Made by a program: the position numbers and the translations under genes. This document shows, piece by piece, positions 1 through 10,009 of a stretch of 54,439 bases of DNA. Below the pieces are notes generated by a model. That model made no database searches and was not told where the DNA came from. It was given only the letters and a program-made list of their open reading frames with translations. Numbering within the stretch: the first letter of the stretch is position 1; each line of letters starts with the position of its first letter. The DNA is from a bacterium (lineage in GTDB: Bacteria > Bacillota > Clostridia > Oscillospirales > Acutalibacteraceae). The stretch spans positions 1-54,439 of the forward strand of contig CAVBQD010000001.1 of the NCBI GenBank assembly GCA_963597385.1, written 5' to 3'.

Positions 1-5
1 ATTTA

Positions 6-812
6 ATGCGTCAGTATTGGGCAGTTATCAATTCTTTCGGAAACGGTGTTACCGTCAAGCTCACAATCAATAACCATAGATTTGATAAGGAAGAATTTGA
101 AAAATCAATCCTTATGCCGTATTACTATGATAACCTTGATGTGTATCGTAAGGAATATAACGAAATGCTGCTTAATAAAGCGGCAACATCCGAGTGTATT
201 GTTCAGGATAAATATTTTACCGTTACGGTAAACAAAAAGTGCTATGAAGACGCAAGAGCATTTTTTACTCGTATTGAAAAGAACCTGTCAACAAACCTTT
301 TTACACTCGGCAGTAAATGTGAGCCGTTAAACGCAACCGAAAGACTTAAGATATTCCATAATTTCTACCGTGCAGGTAGTGAAGAAAACTTCAATCTTGA
401 TTTTGAACTTTTACAAAATCAAGGCTGTGATGTCCGTGACTATATTTCTCCCGATTCTATGGACTTCAACAGCGACTATATGATGATTAACGGTCAGTAT
501 TGCAGAACTGTTTTTCTTCGAAATTACGGTACATTTGTTGATGATAATATCATAACCGAGCTTACATCAATCAATAAGAACTTAATGCTCTCTATTGATT
601 TTATCCCTATTCCCGTTGATGAAGCAAACAAGGATGTAGATAACATTTTGCTTGGTGTTCAATCGGATAATCTTGCAAATTACAGTTTAAAACAAAAGGC
701 GTACTTTTGCATTGAGGGTGATATCAAAGGATATTTTGACAATATCAATATTATTCTCCATCTTCACTTTTTAATTATAATATATAAGTTTAGAAGCAAA
801 ATATTAAGATAA
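6..812 (+). pseudogene. Truncated VirB4/TrsE-like conjugative ATPase, N-terminal part only, probably 5'-partial at the window edge; ends in an RT-like fragment
   Basis: Resembles the N-terminus of Firmicute ICE VirB4 proteins (YRKEYNEML, QDKYFTVTVNKK..EDARAFF.RIE, L.ATERLKIFHNFYR.G.E, RDYISPDS, LMLSIDFIPIP.DEA). It stops at 268 aa with no Walker A motif, and similarity is lost around nt 695. Confidence 0.75.
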
Positions 813-1271
813 TGAATTTGAAATTGCTTCATCTGGAAATTTAAATGCAGCACCTTCTATATAGCTATTTTTGAATTTCAAATAATAGCAATTATCTTCT
901 CCTATATAAATTGTCCCAAAAAGGCTATGCGAATTATCATCATATGTTGCAAATATAGTGGCAAATTTAGTCACTAATTTTGTTTCGGGGATTTTTGAGC
1001 TTTTTTCTGCTGCAACTATTTCGTCAATTTCAGTTTTGTCAGAAGTAATATCTATTTTAATTCCACCATAGGAAACATATAATGATGTTATACTTTTCTC
1101 GTTTTGTTCATTAGAGTTGCTGCTTGGCTTAGTTGTACTTTCTTTCTTAGCATTATCGTTACTTGAATAACTGCTTTCGTTTGTGGTATTGATTGTTTCG
1201 ACACTTTTAGTACACGAAATTAAAGACAACGAAATTATTAAGCACAATATTAATATAATTGATTTTCTCAT
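804..1271 (-). CDS. Hypothetical lipoprotein
   Basis: MRKS + hydrophobic stretch + SLIS-C lipobox-like motif, S/T/N-rich linker, small C-terminal domain; GAGG RBS. Confidence 0.75.
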   Translation of the reverse strand: MRKSIILILCLIISLSLISCTKSVETINTTNESSYSSNDNAKKESTTKPSSNSNEQNEKSITSLYVSYGGIKIDITSDKTEIDEIVAAEKSSKIPETKLVTKFATIFATYDDNSHSLFGTIYIGEDNCYYLKFKNSYIEGAAFKFPDEAISNSLS

Positions 1272-1298
1272 ATTATTTTACCTCATTATAATTTAGAA

Positions 1299-1832
1299 TT
1301 AATACCATTTGTCTACCCAACCTTCTTTATCCGTAATAACTTGACTGCTTTTTTGAGTAGTACTGATTTGTGTTGTGGATTTTATATTTGTTGTACTTTT
1401 GTGCGTTGTTGAATTAGGCTTAGTGGTTTTAGAGTCACTTGTATTTCTTTCATGTGTTGACGAATTTGCTTGTGTCGTGCTTGTTATATTTGTATTTTGT
1501 GTGTCCACAGTATTTTCGTTTATTGAAGTTTTTGTGGAAATATTGCTTTTCTGAATTGCAGGATTTGTTTGCTTAATGTTTGATTTAGATGAAGTAGTTG
1601 TTTCATTTTTTGATGTATTATTAACCGATATTTCAGTTGTAATAGTTTCATCACTTTTATTAGTGACAAATTTTCCGTTTTTGTCTGTAATAGCTTTGTA
1701 ATAATGAGTAGTTCCTTGTTCGTCAGTAACAGCAGTAGTGGTTGCTATTTCACTACTGCTGTTATTTTCACAAGCAACAAAAGAAAAAATTATAACTATA
1801 ACAGATATTATAATTAATATTGCTTTTTTCAT
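1299..1832 (-). CDS. Ser/Thr-rich hypothetical lipoprotein
   Basis: Start moved to MKKAILII at 1832 (TAATG overlap with the upstream peptide stop). FVA-C lipobox, low-complexity T/S/N body, C-terminal TDKEGWVDKWY. Confidence 0.75.
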   Translation of the reverse strand: MKKAILIIISVIVIIFSFVACENNSSSEIATTTAVTDEQGTTHYYKAITDKNGKFVTNKSDETITTEISVNNTSKNETTTSSKSNIKQTNPAIQKSNISTKTSINENTVDTQNTNITSTTQANSSTHERNTSDSKTTKPNSTTHKSTTNIKSTTQISTTQKSSQVITDKEGWVDKWY

Positions 1833-1951
1833 TATGAACCCCATGGAATGTCTGTATCAGGTGAATTATCTCCTGAATCACTTGTGGTAATTACATCAAA
1901 TACAGAAAATTCTTCAATTAATGTTTCCGGCTTTGCGTATTTTTCTTTCAT
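1832..1951 (-). CDS. Unannotated 39-aa peptide MKEKYAKPETLIEEFSVFDVITTSDSGDNSPDTDIPWGS
   Basis: Translated by hand. AAGGAGG RBS upstream of the ATG; the ORF fills the gap between the protease stop and the lipoprotein start exactly, with a TAATG overlap. Confidence 0.85.
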   Translation of the reverse strand: MKEKYAKPETLIEEFSVFDVITTSDSGDNSPDTDIPWGS

Positions 1952-1953
1952 AT

Positions 1954-4689
1954 TTATGCCTCCTTATTAAGAGATAATTTAACTTGGTCTTTGATGTTTT
2001 GTTCTACTGTATCATCATTCAACACGGCATTTGCAACACTGCTGTAGCTTCGTGTAATGACAGGCGAATAAAAATACATTCCGTCAATATTTACATAAGC
2101 TCTTGCAGATATTTCGTCATTGATATGTTCTGCAGGAATACCGGTAAATACTGCATTATATGTTGAAACAGTTCCTTCAACATTTCTTTTATTTGCAGAT
2201 TTTACAAAAACATTGTTTCTGTTTGCTCTCAATGAATAATTTTTTTGAAAATCATTCTTGTTTTCATAAGAGTCAAAGGTATAAACAAAGCCGTAATCAA
2301 TATTTTCTGCGTATTTTTTGAAATCAAAATCAATAACTGTTTCATCAAACTCAAATCCAAAGCGCAAGCCATTATCTCTTGTTCGTATTTGTCCACCTTT
2401 GCTTTTAGCAAATTTATCACTTTCAACACGGATGAATCTATCTGTGTAACCATCTCTGTCTGCTTCGTTAAGTCCCGGTGTGTACTCCGGACTTACAAAT
2501 GTATATTTATAGTCCTTGTAATCATCAAGGAAATCAACTCCTGTCAGTTTATCACTGCAATAGATTGTTGTGTTATTTGGAATAGACAATGTTATATAAG
2601 TTGCCTTTGGTGCAAAAATCATATTTAGATTACTGCAACCGTTAAAGCGTCCGCTTAAGTCTTGCGCATTTGGAACATAAAGCACTTTAAGATTTTTACA
2701 GTTATTGAAAGCACTATTTCCAATTGATTTTGCTTTATTAAGTACAATTTCATCAGCTGTGCAGCCGTCAAATGCATTATCATCTGCTCTTGTGCAATTA
2801 GGAAGATGTATTGTGCTGAAATATGTTCCTGCTAATCCTTTTTCAGTAACCCAATCTACTGATGAAAAATCAGGTTGTTTTGGCAATGATTCACATCCGA
2901 AAAGAGCTTCACTGCCGATATATCTTACTTTTGATAAATCGATATCAGCAAGTTTACTGCAACCATAGAAACAGCGTTTATCTAAATTTTCAATACCATT
3001 TGCAGTTACTGATTTCAGATTTGTATTACTGAAAGCATCATCACCGATGCTTTCAATTGTATCCGGCAAAGTGATGGTTTCAATATTGCTGTTGCTGAAT
3101 ACTTGCGGACCTATTTGTCTTGGCTCTATTCCATTTACTACATCAGGAACAACAATATTTGCTTCATTGCCGAGGTATGCTTTAATTATGCCATCTCTGT
3201 CTATTACAAACTCACTTTCATTTTTTTCCAAGATGTAATAATCAAGATAAGTAAATTTACTGTGGAAAGGAGAACCTGCCCTTGCAAAGGCAGCTGCGAT
3301 AATTCTGGTTGAATCCGTAACATCAATAGTTGCAGTATATTTTGTGCCGTTTATTTCTGTCGGCAATGTGCCGTCTGTTGTGTAGTAAATATCCACAAGT
3401 GAATTTGCACATTTTAATTCAACGCTTATATTGTCACGGTATGCTCCGCTGATATAATTTGCAGTAACATCTTTGCATCTTGTGCCGTTTATGATGTTAG
3501 AAAAATTGACGATTCCTGCACCGTAACGGTCATTATAACAGTCACTCTTTTTAAATGGTGTTGCAGTTGCAATAATTTCCTGCTTAACCTGTTCGGGTGT
3601 GTAGCTTCTGTGTTCCATCAGGACATAGGCTGCGGCTGCTGATACAAGTGGCGTTGCAACAGAGGTTCCCTTGAATATTGCATAAGTATTATCACCGGGA
3701 AAATTAGCACTATATACACTAACTCCGGGAGCGGAAATATCCACACAACTACCATAATTTGAAGAAGTCCATGCATTTCCGTGTGGATTTATAGCAGCAA
3801 CTGTTATAGCACTGTCAAATAATGCAGGTTGTTGATAAACTTCTTTACCATCATTACCGGCAGCAGCAACAATAGTGACTCCCATATCAACAAGTTCATC
3901 TATTACAGTTCCAAGACTTCCTGTTGCAAATGAACAATTTATTATGTCAGGCTTGTTTTTTAATTGCTTGATATATGATAAAGCGGCTACAGCCTCTGAC
4001 GAAGTACCTTTTAAGTTTTTGTCAAATATTTTATAACCGAATAGTTTAACATTACTTGGCGTACTTTTAGCGATAACACCTGCCACTTTTGTACCATGAC
4101 CTGATGTGTCCATTTCATCACCTGAAGCATCAGTACTGAAATCTACTTTTGTGCGTTCAATTCTGTTTTTAAATAATTCGTGGTTATAATTGATTCCGCT
4201 GTCAACTACAGCAATATTTATATTGGATTTAGCCTTTAATTTGTAGTAATCAAGTGCAGAAACAGCATCGGTTTCCTCATAAGCCCATTCATCATTCGTA
4301 TTATACTTGTCATAAGTAGAACTTGAAGTAACAACACAATCATAATCTGCCGTATAGCCTGATTCTTCATAATTTTCTTTTGCTTTTTGTGCTGATTCTT
4401 CATCTGCATACTGCAAAAAAGCATAGCCAAAACCATATACACTGTCAACTGCACTGTATTCATCAATATTGTCATCAGTTTTTACAATCAGTCTTGTATT
4501 GATAGTTTGTTCATCTGTACTGTCTAATTCATTGTAATTGTCATATTCTTCACACATTTCTGCTATTTCACGCCCCACAGAAAGCGTGTTATTTAACTCA
4601 ACTTCCTCTGCTATTACACTATGGCAGGGATAAAGTGCAGATGAAAACATTGTAAGTGACAATAATAGGCTTATTGTTTTTTTAATCAA
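1954..4689 (-). CDS. Secreted S8 subtilase with chitobiase/FN3-associated domain, BspA-type LRR_5 repeats and an uncharacterised C-terminal domain
   Basis: Signal peptide; triad motifs IAVVDSG, HGTKVAG, GTSVATP; AAAGND oxyanion motif; IYYTTDGTLPT; xxIGxxAFxxCxxL repeats. Confidence 0.9.
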   Translation of the reverse strand: MIKKTISLLLSLTMFSSALYPCHSVIAEEVELNNTLSVGREIAEMCEEYDNYNELDSTDEQTINTRLIVKTDDNIDEYSAVDSVYGFGYAFLQYADEESAQKAKENYEESGYTADYDCVVTSSSTYDKYNTNDEWAYEETDAVSALDYYKLKAKSNINIAVVDSGINYNHELFKNRIERTKVDFSTDASGDEMDTSGHGTKVAGVIAKSTPSNVKLFGYKIFDKNLKGTSSEAVAALSYIKQLKNKPDIINCSFATGSLGTVIDELVDMGVTIVAAAGNDGKEVYQQPALFDSAITVAAINPHGNAWTSSNYGSCVDISAPGVSVYSANFPGDNTYAIFKGTSVATPLVSAAAAYVLMEHRSYTPEQVKQEIIATATPFKKSDCYNDRYGAGIVNFSNIINGTRCKDVTANYISGAYRDNISVELKCANSLVDIYYTTDGTLPTEINGTKYTATIDVTDSTRIIAAAFARAGSPFHSKFTYLDYYILEKNESEFVIDRDGIIKAYLGNEANIVVPDVVNGIEPRQIGPQVFSNSNIETITLPDTIESIGDDAFSNTNLKSVTANGIENLDKRCFYGCSKLADIDLSKVRYIGSEALFGCESLPKQPDFSSVDWVTEKGLAGTYFSTIHLPNCTRADDNAFDGCTADEIVLNKAKSIGNSAFNNCKNLKVLYVPNAQDLSGRFNGCSNLNMIFAPKATYITLSIPNNTTIYCSDKLTGVDFLDDYKDYKYTFVSPEYTPGLNEADRDGYTDRFIRVESDKFAKSKGGQIRTRDNGLRFGFEFDETVIDFDFKKYAENIDYGFVYTFDSYENKNDFQKNYSLRANRNNVFVKSANKRNVEGTVSTYNAVFTGIPAEHINDEISARAYVNIDGMYFYSPVITRSYSSVANAVLNDDTVEQNIKDQVKLSLNKEA

Positions 4690-4710
4690 AGTATAACCAC
4701 CTTATAGTCT

Positions 4711-4740
4711 GTACAGATATGCCCAAAGACATATCTGTAC
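4711..4740. other. Intergenic hairpin between the Rhs and S8 genes
   Basis: GTACAGATATG-N8-CATATCTGTAC is a perfect 11-bp stem with no U-tract on the minus strand, so more likely an mRNA stability element than a terminator. Confidence 0.55.
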
Positions 4741-4747
4741 TTAAATT

Positions 4748-7700
4748 TTATTCAACAGATTTTGAAATCTTGTATGGGGTGTTTTGTTCATTCACTGAAT
4801 ACTTTGTAACAGAAGATGTATCTTTGTCAATAGCAGATCCTATATAGTTCAATCCGTATCCACTTGTGACAATATCTTTTTGTTTGTTAAGAGTTTCATC
4901 CCAATAGGTTTTTGCATCAGCATCTAATGTTGTTCTTAAACCAAGACTGAGAACATCCAAACTTGTAGAAATTTCACCGAATTGTTTTGCAGTTGAACGG
5001 TTTTCTTTAATAAGATTATTTGTGCTGTTTACCAGTTGAGGAACAAAAGCATCACTTATTATCTGATCAGGTGCATTGAAACCTGTTTTTGTTATATTAT
5101 TAACAGGATCATTGCCACAATAGTTGAAAAGATTTGAGTTATATACACTGCTCATATCTTCTGTAAGTGTTGTAGGATCACTTGCATTAATGAAACGACC
5201 CCAAGAAGGTGAGTAATATCTTTTTTGACCATAATATAAACCCGTCTCAATATCATAGATATATCCTTTAAAACCTTGTTCCACACTAACAAATACACCA
5301 CTCAAATATAAAGCAACAACTAATGCAATTGCAATTTTTTGAATTATATCTACCCATACAGAACCACTAGGTTTATATTTATTTGCCATATCCTGAATAA
5401 ATGTACCCATATAGGTTGACGTCATATTTCCATAAGCATCATAAGACATTGAAATGACCACTTTTTCGCTTGGGTCATAAATTTCGGTAATATTACCTTG
5501 ACCATCCTTAACAAAAGTATAGTTTGCTGATTGCTTCCAATCAAGAATTTCTATACCTTCTTCTGTAATATTGGCAGTTTTATTAGCTTTTGAAGGTTCA
5601 CCCTCATTTGAGATAACACAAACTCCTACGATTTCATTATTGTTATAAATGATTTTTGTGGTTTTGTCGTAGCAAAGAACTGTTCCACTTCCATCTTCTG
5701 CTTCGCCATAAAATTTGGCTCTATAACCGGTAATTAAATCTCCGTCCCAAATATATACAATTTCTGATACCAAGTCTTTACCATTTGAATCATAACAAAT
5801 TTTTGATGTTCTTTTACCATCACCGTCATATGTGTATTGGTAAAGATTAGAACTGGTTTTAAATGACGTTAACAAATTACCGTTCCATGTCATATCGCCG
5901 TCAGTTAGCTCATTGTTTATGCTTGTACCGGCATATTTTACAGGATTACCCGCAGCATCATATTCTATGCTGTAGCCTTTATAACTGGTAAGATAATCAG
6001 TCATACCATTTGATTTATAATATAATTTTGTTGTCTCTCCATTAGTTTTTGGAGTGAAAATTAATGTGTCCGAATTATAATCATATGAATAATCTCTATC
6101 AGATATTTTTGAATAGGTCACTTTTTCAGAGATGTTTCCACCTTCGTCATAATAATATACAATTGCAATTTTACTTTCTAAATTAACATCTAAAGAAACT
6201 TGACCACCTTCATCGTATTTATAATAATGAATTAAATCACCTTCATTATAAGAATATGATGTTTTATTAGTTGGAGCATATGTAATATTGTTAGTTGATT
6301 TTTTAAATACAGATGTTACTCTACCGACATTGTCATATTTATAGCTCCATTCTGCTGATATACGGGTATTCTCATATTTTTCAGGCAAAATTTTATTAGA
6401 ACGTTTTGAAAGTTCGGTTTCGTAATGGGAAACTAAATTTGTCTGTCTATTGTTAATACCCTCAACATATTTTGTACTGGAGGTTAATCTATAATGTGTG
6501 TTTTTGTCGGCGTTACCCTTGTTTTCTACTGATGTACTCATCGTTCTGTCAAAAGTATCTAAAACTGTTTCAGCTTTTACAATAGGTCCTTTTGTGAGAG
6601 ATACTGTATATGAATCCTCTACAGTAGTTTTTGTTTTATCTTTTGATGGGGTTGATTTCTGATAGTAATCAAAGGATGTGCCAAAAAGATTTATTTTGCT
6701 TCCTGTATTAGAATAAACCGTTGTTCCATTCTTTTTAACAGTACAACCCTTGCTTGTGTAAGTAGTAACGGTATTTGAAACTTCATCCGTCATTTCAGCA
6801 ACAGAACCATCGCTGTTATATTCGTATGAGTAAACATAAGTTTCCTTTTCATCACCTGATTTGCCATTGTCGTAGATTGTTTTAATAATGTTGCTGCCAT
6901 CATATTTATAAATAATACTTGCACCATTACCGAAATTTACTTTTCCGACATTGTCAAGATCATATTCATATGACATTGAGTAATCAACATTCGCATTTTC
7001 TTCTGCAGATTCCTTAACAATTACATTTTCAATTTTACCATTTTTGTTATATGTGTACTCATAAAGACAACCATTATGATAAATTGAAGAAATTCGGTCA
7101 TTATCATCATAAGAATATTCAACAGTCTGATTAATGGTATCGCCTTCAGCAGTAGTGATTGCTTGTTGAACAGAGGTTAATACACCTATTCCGCTATATG
7201 TATATTGAGTGTTTTTGGACGAATCCGTATTTTTACCTTTTGATGTAAGTAATCCGCTGCCACAATCATAATTATAATATGTTACTTTTCCTGCTTCTTC
7301 AACCTGTGATTTATAATGCGAAGAATCATACTCATAATGCTTGCCGAGTGTTTTGTCACCGGTTCTTACTTTTATAATATCGGTAATTTGACCATATTCA
7401 TTTCTGACAATATCATATTTAGGAAGACCCGGTTCAGGAACAACAGGAGGGGCATTATCTATAGTTGCTACATACATTTCAAGATCGTCAAAATAGCATT
7501 CACCAGGCATATTCAAACTATTTATCTCAATTCTTACTTTAGAGATAGTTGAAGGAATATCTATCACGCATTTTGATGTTTGCCAATTATTAACGATATT
7601 GTAATCAAAATATGTTTCACCTATGAGAGTACCACTTACTGCACCATAAACTCTTACTGAATAATATCGCATATTATCTCTATCATTTTTAAAAGGTAGT

Positions 7701-9832
7701 GCTTGTTTACAATAAGCAGAACAGGATAGTACATATGATTCTCCCGGAGTTACACTAACTGTTTGTGTAGCTGTTCCACTTCTGTTATTAGCAATAAACG
7801 ATATAACTCCGTTATTTGTGTTGCCATTTTCCTTTAATGGGGCATCTTTTACAATTGATGCACCTTCTGTTAATGTCCAGTTACTATTACTTTCAAAACC
7901 ACCGTTAGTGATTATATTTTGAGAAGTTGAATCATCATATATCAAATGCTGTAATTCATTATTTGTGTAGTTCAAATAATATTCTTGACCATCGTAATTT
8001 TTGTAATGAATAAGATTTGAATCTTGGTCATAATGCATTATTTTCTTTGAATTATTTAATATATCTGAAAAAACACGATTATACGGGTTATCTAATGGTG
8101 AATTTATCTCTACTTCGTTTGAAATGACACCATCAGTTTTTAATGTGTATTTGGAAAGAATATTAGATTTATCCGTTCCGTTTTGATAATTTAATGTCAA
8201 TTCGGACGATGCTTCATTTGAAGAGTCATCGCTATATGTATTAATATTGCTGATTCTATTATCCTCATCATAAATATATGACACATAATATCCGTCCGGA
8301 TAAGTGACTTTTTCTAATCTGTTATTTTCATCATAACTATATTGAATTGTTATATCTTCGTCATTTATTTTTACCGATTGTTGTGTATCGTTATTATTGT
8401 AAAAAATACTGATTGAAGTCAGCATGTTATTGTTATAATTGAATTTGTATGTTCTTCTTGTACCATCTGTAATATATGAAATGTTTGAATTTTCATAAAC
8501 AATACTTACTTCATTTGTATATTGTTTTTCATTTTCATCTGTAAATACATATTTGATTTTTGTAACATAACCATTTGATCCTATTGAAGAAAAATAATAT
8601 GAAGTATTATCTTTTTCGCTTTTTATTTTTATTCTGTCATAATCGGTTTTATCATTAACACAGGTTAATATATATTTATCTCCTGAACTGTTAGAACCAA
8701 TAAATTTATTATCGGTATTACGCACGAAAAATATATATTCACCTTCGCAGTTTTTCCAATAATATTCTCCATTTTCATATTGAAGAATACTATAATAATT
8801 TGTACGAGTGTTAATTCCGTCCGAGGCGTTATTATCAATTGCCGAAGGGTTGATTATTGTTTGAACATTAACCTGTGCGAGCTCGTCATATACACTTAAA
8901 TCATTTCTGACAATCAGCGGAGAACAGGTGTAATCATTAACATATAATGTTCCTGCTCTGTCCAAATCTACAGTTTCAGATTCAATGGTTTTGTCAACAT
9001 CACCGATTTCACGATAATATATTCCCAAAACGATTGAATTAATTTCAATATATGTATTCTCTGATAACGGTTCAAGGGCCAATCCTTTGTTTTCATATAG
9101 CCCTAAGGAACTATAGTGTGCATATGATGTTATATCTATTTTACACTCATCAATTGTATCTGATGAAGCCATTTGCCTATCAATAATAACATCATCAATT
9201 GTACTTAAAGGAACATTTTGAATGTGATTTAATTCATTTTTCAATCTATATACATTAATAGTATTTGATGTATCGGCATTACCATTTGTCTCAACAGTTC
9301 CCGTTGAGATATTTAATGTAGCATTATTAATGAATACCTGCTTATCTGTAATGATGCTGGGTTTAACATAAATACAACTATCAATTCCGTTTACTGTTTT
9401 ATTTGAACCGGCAATTTTCATTGGATTTGTATCTACACCATTTGTATACATAGTTAAAGTTTCGCTTTCATAAAAACCTGTTTCGGCAGGATTTGAAACC
9501 GAATGTGCAGCAATTTCACTTACTGCATTTTCTGCATCTGCAACAGTATCAATGTTATTATCAATTTCTGATGTTTCCTTCCATTGACCATTAACATTGT
9601 TGTGAATAGGAACAGCGGCTGATACTTGATAATATCCGCCATCTTCGGTCAAGTATGTTTTAGAATTTTCCGTACGCTTACTTTCAATTTCATACTCGAC
9701 TGAAACTTCGTCAGCAGAAAATTCATAATCATTTTCAAACTCTTCCATTGCATAGGTAGTAGAAGGTATTACTGTTATTGCCATTACCATTGCAAGAAAA
9801 AGTGAAATAGATTTTTTAAAAGTCTTTTTCAT
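4748..9832 (-). CDS. WapA-like secreted Rhs/YD-repeat protein
   Basis: Sec signal; WapA-like N-terminus (KRTENSKTY...PIH...GQW); CBM-like NIITNGGFE segment; YD repeats; Rhs core YDAYG...GYIYDIETGLYY...RYYSPSWGRFINASDP...NLFNYCGNDPVN. Confidence 0.9.
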   Translation of the reverse strand: MKKTFKKSISLFLAMVMAITVIPSTTYAMEEFENDYEFSADEVSVEYEIESKRTENSKTYLTEDGGYYQVSAAVPIHNNVNGQWKETSEIDNNIDTVADAENAVSEIAAHSVSNPAETGFYESETLTMYTNGVDTNPMKIAGSNKTVNGIDSCIYVKPSIITDKQVFINNATLNISTGTVETNGNADTSNTINVYRLKNELNHIQNVPLSTIDDVIIDRQMASSDTIDECKIDITSYAHYSSLGLYENKGLALEPLSENTYIEINSIVLGIYYREIGDVDKTIESETVDLDRAGTLYVNDYTCSPLIVRNDLSVYDELAQVNVQTIINPSAIDNNASDGINTRTNYYSILQYENGEYYWKNCEGEYIFFVRNTDNKFIGSNSSGDKYILTCVNDKTDYDRIKIKSEKDNTSYYFSSIGSNGYVTKIKYVFTDENEKQYTNEVSIVYENSNISYITDGTRRTYKFNYNNNMLTSISIFYNNNDTQQSVKINDEDITIQYSYDENNRLEKVTYPDGYYVSYIYDEDNRISNINTYSDDSSNEASSELTLNYQNGTDKSNILSKYTLKTDGVISNEVEINSPLDNPYNRVFSDILNNSKKIMHYDQDSNLIHYKNYDGQEYYLNYTNNELQHLIYDDSTSQNIITNGGFESNSNWTLTEGASIVKDAPLKENGNTNNGVISFIANNRSGTATQTVSVTPGESYVLSCSAYCKQALPFKNDRDNMRYYSVRVYGAVSGTLIGETYFDYNIVNNWQTSKCVIDIPSTISKVRIEINSLNMPGECYFDDLEMYVATIDNAPPVVPEPGLPKYDIVRNEYGQITDIIKVRTGDKTLGKHYEYDSSHYKSQVEEAGKVTYYNYDCGSGLLTSKGKNTDSSKNTQYTYSGIGVLTSVQQAITTAEGDTINQTVEYSYDDNDRISSIYHNGCLYEYTYNKNGKIENVIVKESAEENANVDYSMSYEYDLDNVGKVNFGNGASIIYKYDGSNIIKTIYDNGKSGDEKETYVYSYEYNSDGSVAEMTDEVSNTVTTYTSKGCTVKKNGTTVYSNTGSKINLFGTSFDYYQKSTPSKDKTKTTVEDSYTVSLTKGPIVKAETVLDTFDRTMSTSVENKGNADKNTHYRLTSSTKYVEGINNRQTNLVSHYETELSKRSNKILPEKYENTRISAEWSYKYDNVGRVTSVFKKSTNNITYAPTNKTSYSYNEGDLIHYYKYDEGGQVSLDVNLESKIAIVYYYDEGGNISEKVTYSKISDRDYSYDYNSDTLIFTPKTNGETTKLYYKSNGMTDYLTSYKGYSIEYDAAGNPVKYAGTSINNELTDGDMTWNGNLLTSFKTSSNLYQYTYDGDGKRTSKICYDSNGKDLVSEIVYIWDGDLITGYRAKFYGEAEDGSGTVLCYDKTTKIIYNNNEIVGVCVISNEGEPSKANKTANITEEGIEILDWKQSANYTFVKDGQGNITEIYDPSEKVVISMSYDAYGNMTSTYMGTFIQDMANKYKPSGSVWVDIIQKIAIALVVALYLSGVFVSVEQGFKGYIYDIETGLYYGQKRYYSPSWGRFINASDPTTLTEDMSSVYNSNLFNYCGNDPVNNITKTGFNAPDQIISDAFVPQLVNSTNNLIKENRSTAKQFGEISTSLDVLSLGLRTTLDADAKTYWDETLNKQKDIVTSGYGLNYIGSAIDKDTSSVTKYSVNEQNTPYKISKSVE

Positions 9833-9937
9833 TTGGTATTCTCCTTTGTTTTTAATTTCAAAATAAATTCAATTCCCTTTGTAAAGTCTACACATCATCT
9901 CCTATAATGAAATTTCAGATACTATATTCAATTTAAC

Positions 9938-10009
9938 ATTATCATTTTTAGAATCATAAATTAATACCAAATACTGAAACGCAAGAAATTCGTGTCGATA
10001 CGCAATAAA
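9938..10009 (-). promoter_or_regulatory. Putative AgrA/LytTR-activated promoter of the Rhs operon
   Basis: Direct repeats TTTATTGCGTATC (10009-9997) and TTTCTTGCGTTTC (9988-9976) with a 21-bp period; -10-like GATAAT at 9943-9938; no good -35. Confidence 0.65.

Noticed and set aside
695..752. An intact group II intron, retron or DGR
   Set aside because: Only about 16 codons of RT-like sequence; no YADD motif, no intron domain V/VI, and no template/variable repeat pair seen.
1832..1951. Calling the 39-aa peptide a lasso peptide precursor
   Set aside because: It has a YxxP motif and a Thr, but no lasso cyclase, B protein or RRE gene is in the window. Kept as a peptide of unknown function.
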